DNA of 63,865 nucleotides, the filler included, from Circinaria calcarea (taxonomy: Eukaryota), in assembly GCA_051942165.1 (NCBI GenBank). It is 3 parts of 3 records of this genome, joined end to end, with 100 filler letters (N's around TTAATTAATTAA, not from the genome) between each part and the next. Parts side by side here need not be neighbours in the genome. Positions count along the whole stretch, not along the records: positions 43,960 to 63,865 come from JAVECS010000187.1; 2 more parts are not named here. One strand, given 5' to 3'. The notes below the pieces were generated by a model, which was given only the letters and a program-made list of their open reading frames with translations, was not told where the DNA came from and ran no database searches. Shown here piece by piece: positions 61,815-63,865 of this stretch. Every line of letters begins with the position of its first letter. Position 1 is the stretch's first letter. Made by a program: the position numbers and the translations under genes.

Positions 61815-63194
61815 ATGCATCTTAATCTACAGACCTTTCTCCCATGTGCCCTGGTGGCATTCACATCCTTCCTTGACGTTGCTACAGCACACTCATGGGT
61901 GGAAGCAATGAACGTTATCGGACCTGACGGCGCCTTCACAGGAGCGCAGGGCTACGCTCGTGGAAATGGTAAGTAAATCGCAGTCGCGTGTGATCAAGCT
62001 CTTGGAGTAATGACTCATGCTAATTCTATTATAGTTGGACGCACTGCGGGTGTCGATCCTGACAAAGGAATGGTTTACCTCCTACCTCCTAATGGCAGAC
62101 CCGACGGAAAAATACTCCCGGCCGACAACATGTGCAAGACTTCGCAGCAAACCCCCGTTCAAGCACCCGATTATCCTCGACTGCAAGCTACGGCTGGAGC
62201 CAAGATTGCTCTTCGGTATCGAGAGAATGGCCACACCACCTTGCTTACCCCGTTAAACAAGCCAGACAACCGTGGCACTGTCTACATCTACGGGACAACT
62301 GAACCAAAGCAAGAAGAGTCATTCCTAGCGATTCACAAGGTCTGGAATACTGATGGTACAGGAGGCGACAAGCGAGGAAAGCTCCTTGCAAAGCAGGACT
62401 TTGATGACGACCAGTGCTACCAACAGAACCCTTCTGAAATTTCAGCTACCCGTCAAAAGAATTTTCCCGTCACGCCAGAGGAGTTTGAAGGGACTGATCT
62501 GCTGTGCCAAAACGATATAGCACTCCCTCAAGATGCACCCGAAGGAAAGCCCTATACGTTGTATTGGGTTTGGGACTGGCCGACGTTCGAAAACACGCCA
62601 AAACAAATGGAAGAACTGTATACTTCATGCATGGATGTGGACATTGTCTCTGGGGACTTAGGCACCAACAAGAAGGTTGCACCACCTGCAGACATCAAGG
62701 ATCTATCATTCAATTCTGTCGCCGCCGCAAGGTATCTTGCTGACGTCACGAATGGACCTACCCTCGCAGCATCGGCAACTGCAAGTCCTTCAGCTACTAC
62801 CACACAAGCTATACCAGGACCTACTTCCGCCACATTAGCCACAGCAAGTATTCCAGCATCTTCAACAGGCAACATGGCTGGAGTACCTGTCGTGACTGTC
62901 GTTCCCATGACTACTCTGATGACCACCGTTACCATGCCAGCTGGGCCGGCTGCAAGTGCGGTCACCAATATCCCAGCGTCGCTTCCGACCACCACTGTCA
63001 CGATGCAACAGCAACCGACTGCTCAATCCTCGGCCGGGCCTGCTAGCTTTTCGAACTGCACTTCCAGCAAAACGCAGGACGGGTCGCTTACCCTTGTCTG
63101 CAACGGAGAGGTGGGCAAGCGTGATTCTGAGCACTTGGCCTTGCATAAGAAATCATTCCGTCGCCCAGGATCTGCCAAATTTCGGAAAATCTAG
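61815..63194 (+). CDS. Secreted protein with mature N-terminal His (HSWVE...) and S/T-rich stalk
   Basis: Signal peptide ending ...DVATA|HSWVE, intron 61969-62034, then ALRYRENGH, FDDDQCYQ, YTLYWVWDWPT and ELYTSCMDV, followed by a T/A/P-rich linker. Confidence 0.85.
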
Positions 63195-63639
63195 GTGGAT
63201 GGGGAAGGCAGTAATATCCCTATGTATCCAGACTCCTTTCACTCCTCGATGGAACCTCAGAGATGACATACATGCTATTCTTCGTATTTTCTCCTGTCGC
63301 ACGTTTATTTTGCAGGAGATACCATGCATATGCCTTCGATGGCTACGGGAAATGAGTTTACTTGGTCAGGGCCATTTGTATGCGGCGGGTGGGAAAACTT
63401 GGAGGGCTTTGCTGAATACAAGCATGCTGTACATAGGTTCCATGGAATACTGGATTGCTGCATGCTCTGAAATCGTATCTGGGTATCTGCCTGCGTTAGG
63501 TGGCGATGATTATGAATGTTGCTTTTTAATTAGGATTTGAACTCTGTGAAGATGAACGATGGTAGGTTTTTGTAAAAAGATCATTGAACGTATGTATGAC
63601 AGTTGCTCTCTATATTCCCTAGATATCACCAGCGCAATT

Positions 63640-63720
63640 ATCCCCATTCTCCCCCTTCTCCCCATTCTCCCTATTTTCCCCATTCTCCCTATTCTCCCCA
63701 TTCTCCCCATTCTCCCCATG
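63640..63720. repeat. (CCCCATTCT)n 9-bp tandem repeat
   Basis: About 9 units visible directly. Confidence 0.9.
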
Positions 63721-63865
63721 TAATCCGTCCGGCTACCATATCCCTCGCACAATCTCCTCTGTCAGCCCAAGCCCATTTCCGCCTCCTGTATCCTTGTCTG
63801 CTCCTTCAAGGCGCTGGCGACATGAAATCACCCCCCCCCCCCCCCCCCCAAAAAGGACTTAATCC

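Noticed and set aside
63510..63752. ORF with GRM repeats, or a telomere-like tract
   Set aside because: It is the translation of a 9-bp CCCCATTCT repeat, not TTAGGG telomeric sequence.

Overview
Eukaryotic DNA from a filamentous ascomycete, judged by GT-AG introns with CTAAC/CTGAC-type branch points and RIP-like C>T/G>A decay. Two artificial 100-nt N/TTAATTAATTAA spacers (21944-22043, 43860-43959) split the window into three pieces, so adjacency across them is unproven. Left piece: a partial gene, decayed pseudogenes including a duplicated Cys6 module, a DUF726/TMCO4-type alpha/beta-hydrolase, two small secreted proteins sharing a homologous 3' flank, a 2EXR-type protein and a large orphan gene. 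Middle piece (about 21.8 kb, AT-rich ends) looks like an accessory island. It holds decayed GH71 and receiver-domain remnants, a hAT-type MITE, a two-ORF DD34E Tc1/mariner element, and a candidate small-molecule cluster. That cluster has an intact tandem double SAM-methyltransferase, an internally deleted paralogue, an HD-domain 5'-nucleotidase-like gene and an ABCB exporter. Right piece is mostly core genes: TPR/F-box/LRR, RRP41, cyclophilin, HMG-CoA reductase, an F-box-like protein, a small charged protein, nicotinamidase, a metallo-beta-lactamase-fold protein and a secreted N-terminal-His protein. All calls come from reading motifs by eye; no database searches were run.
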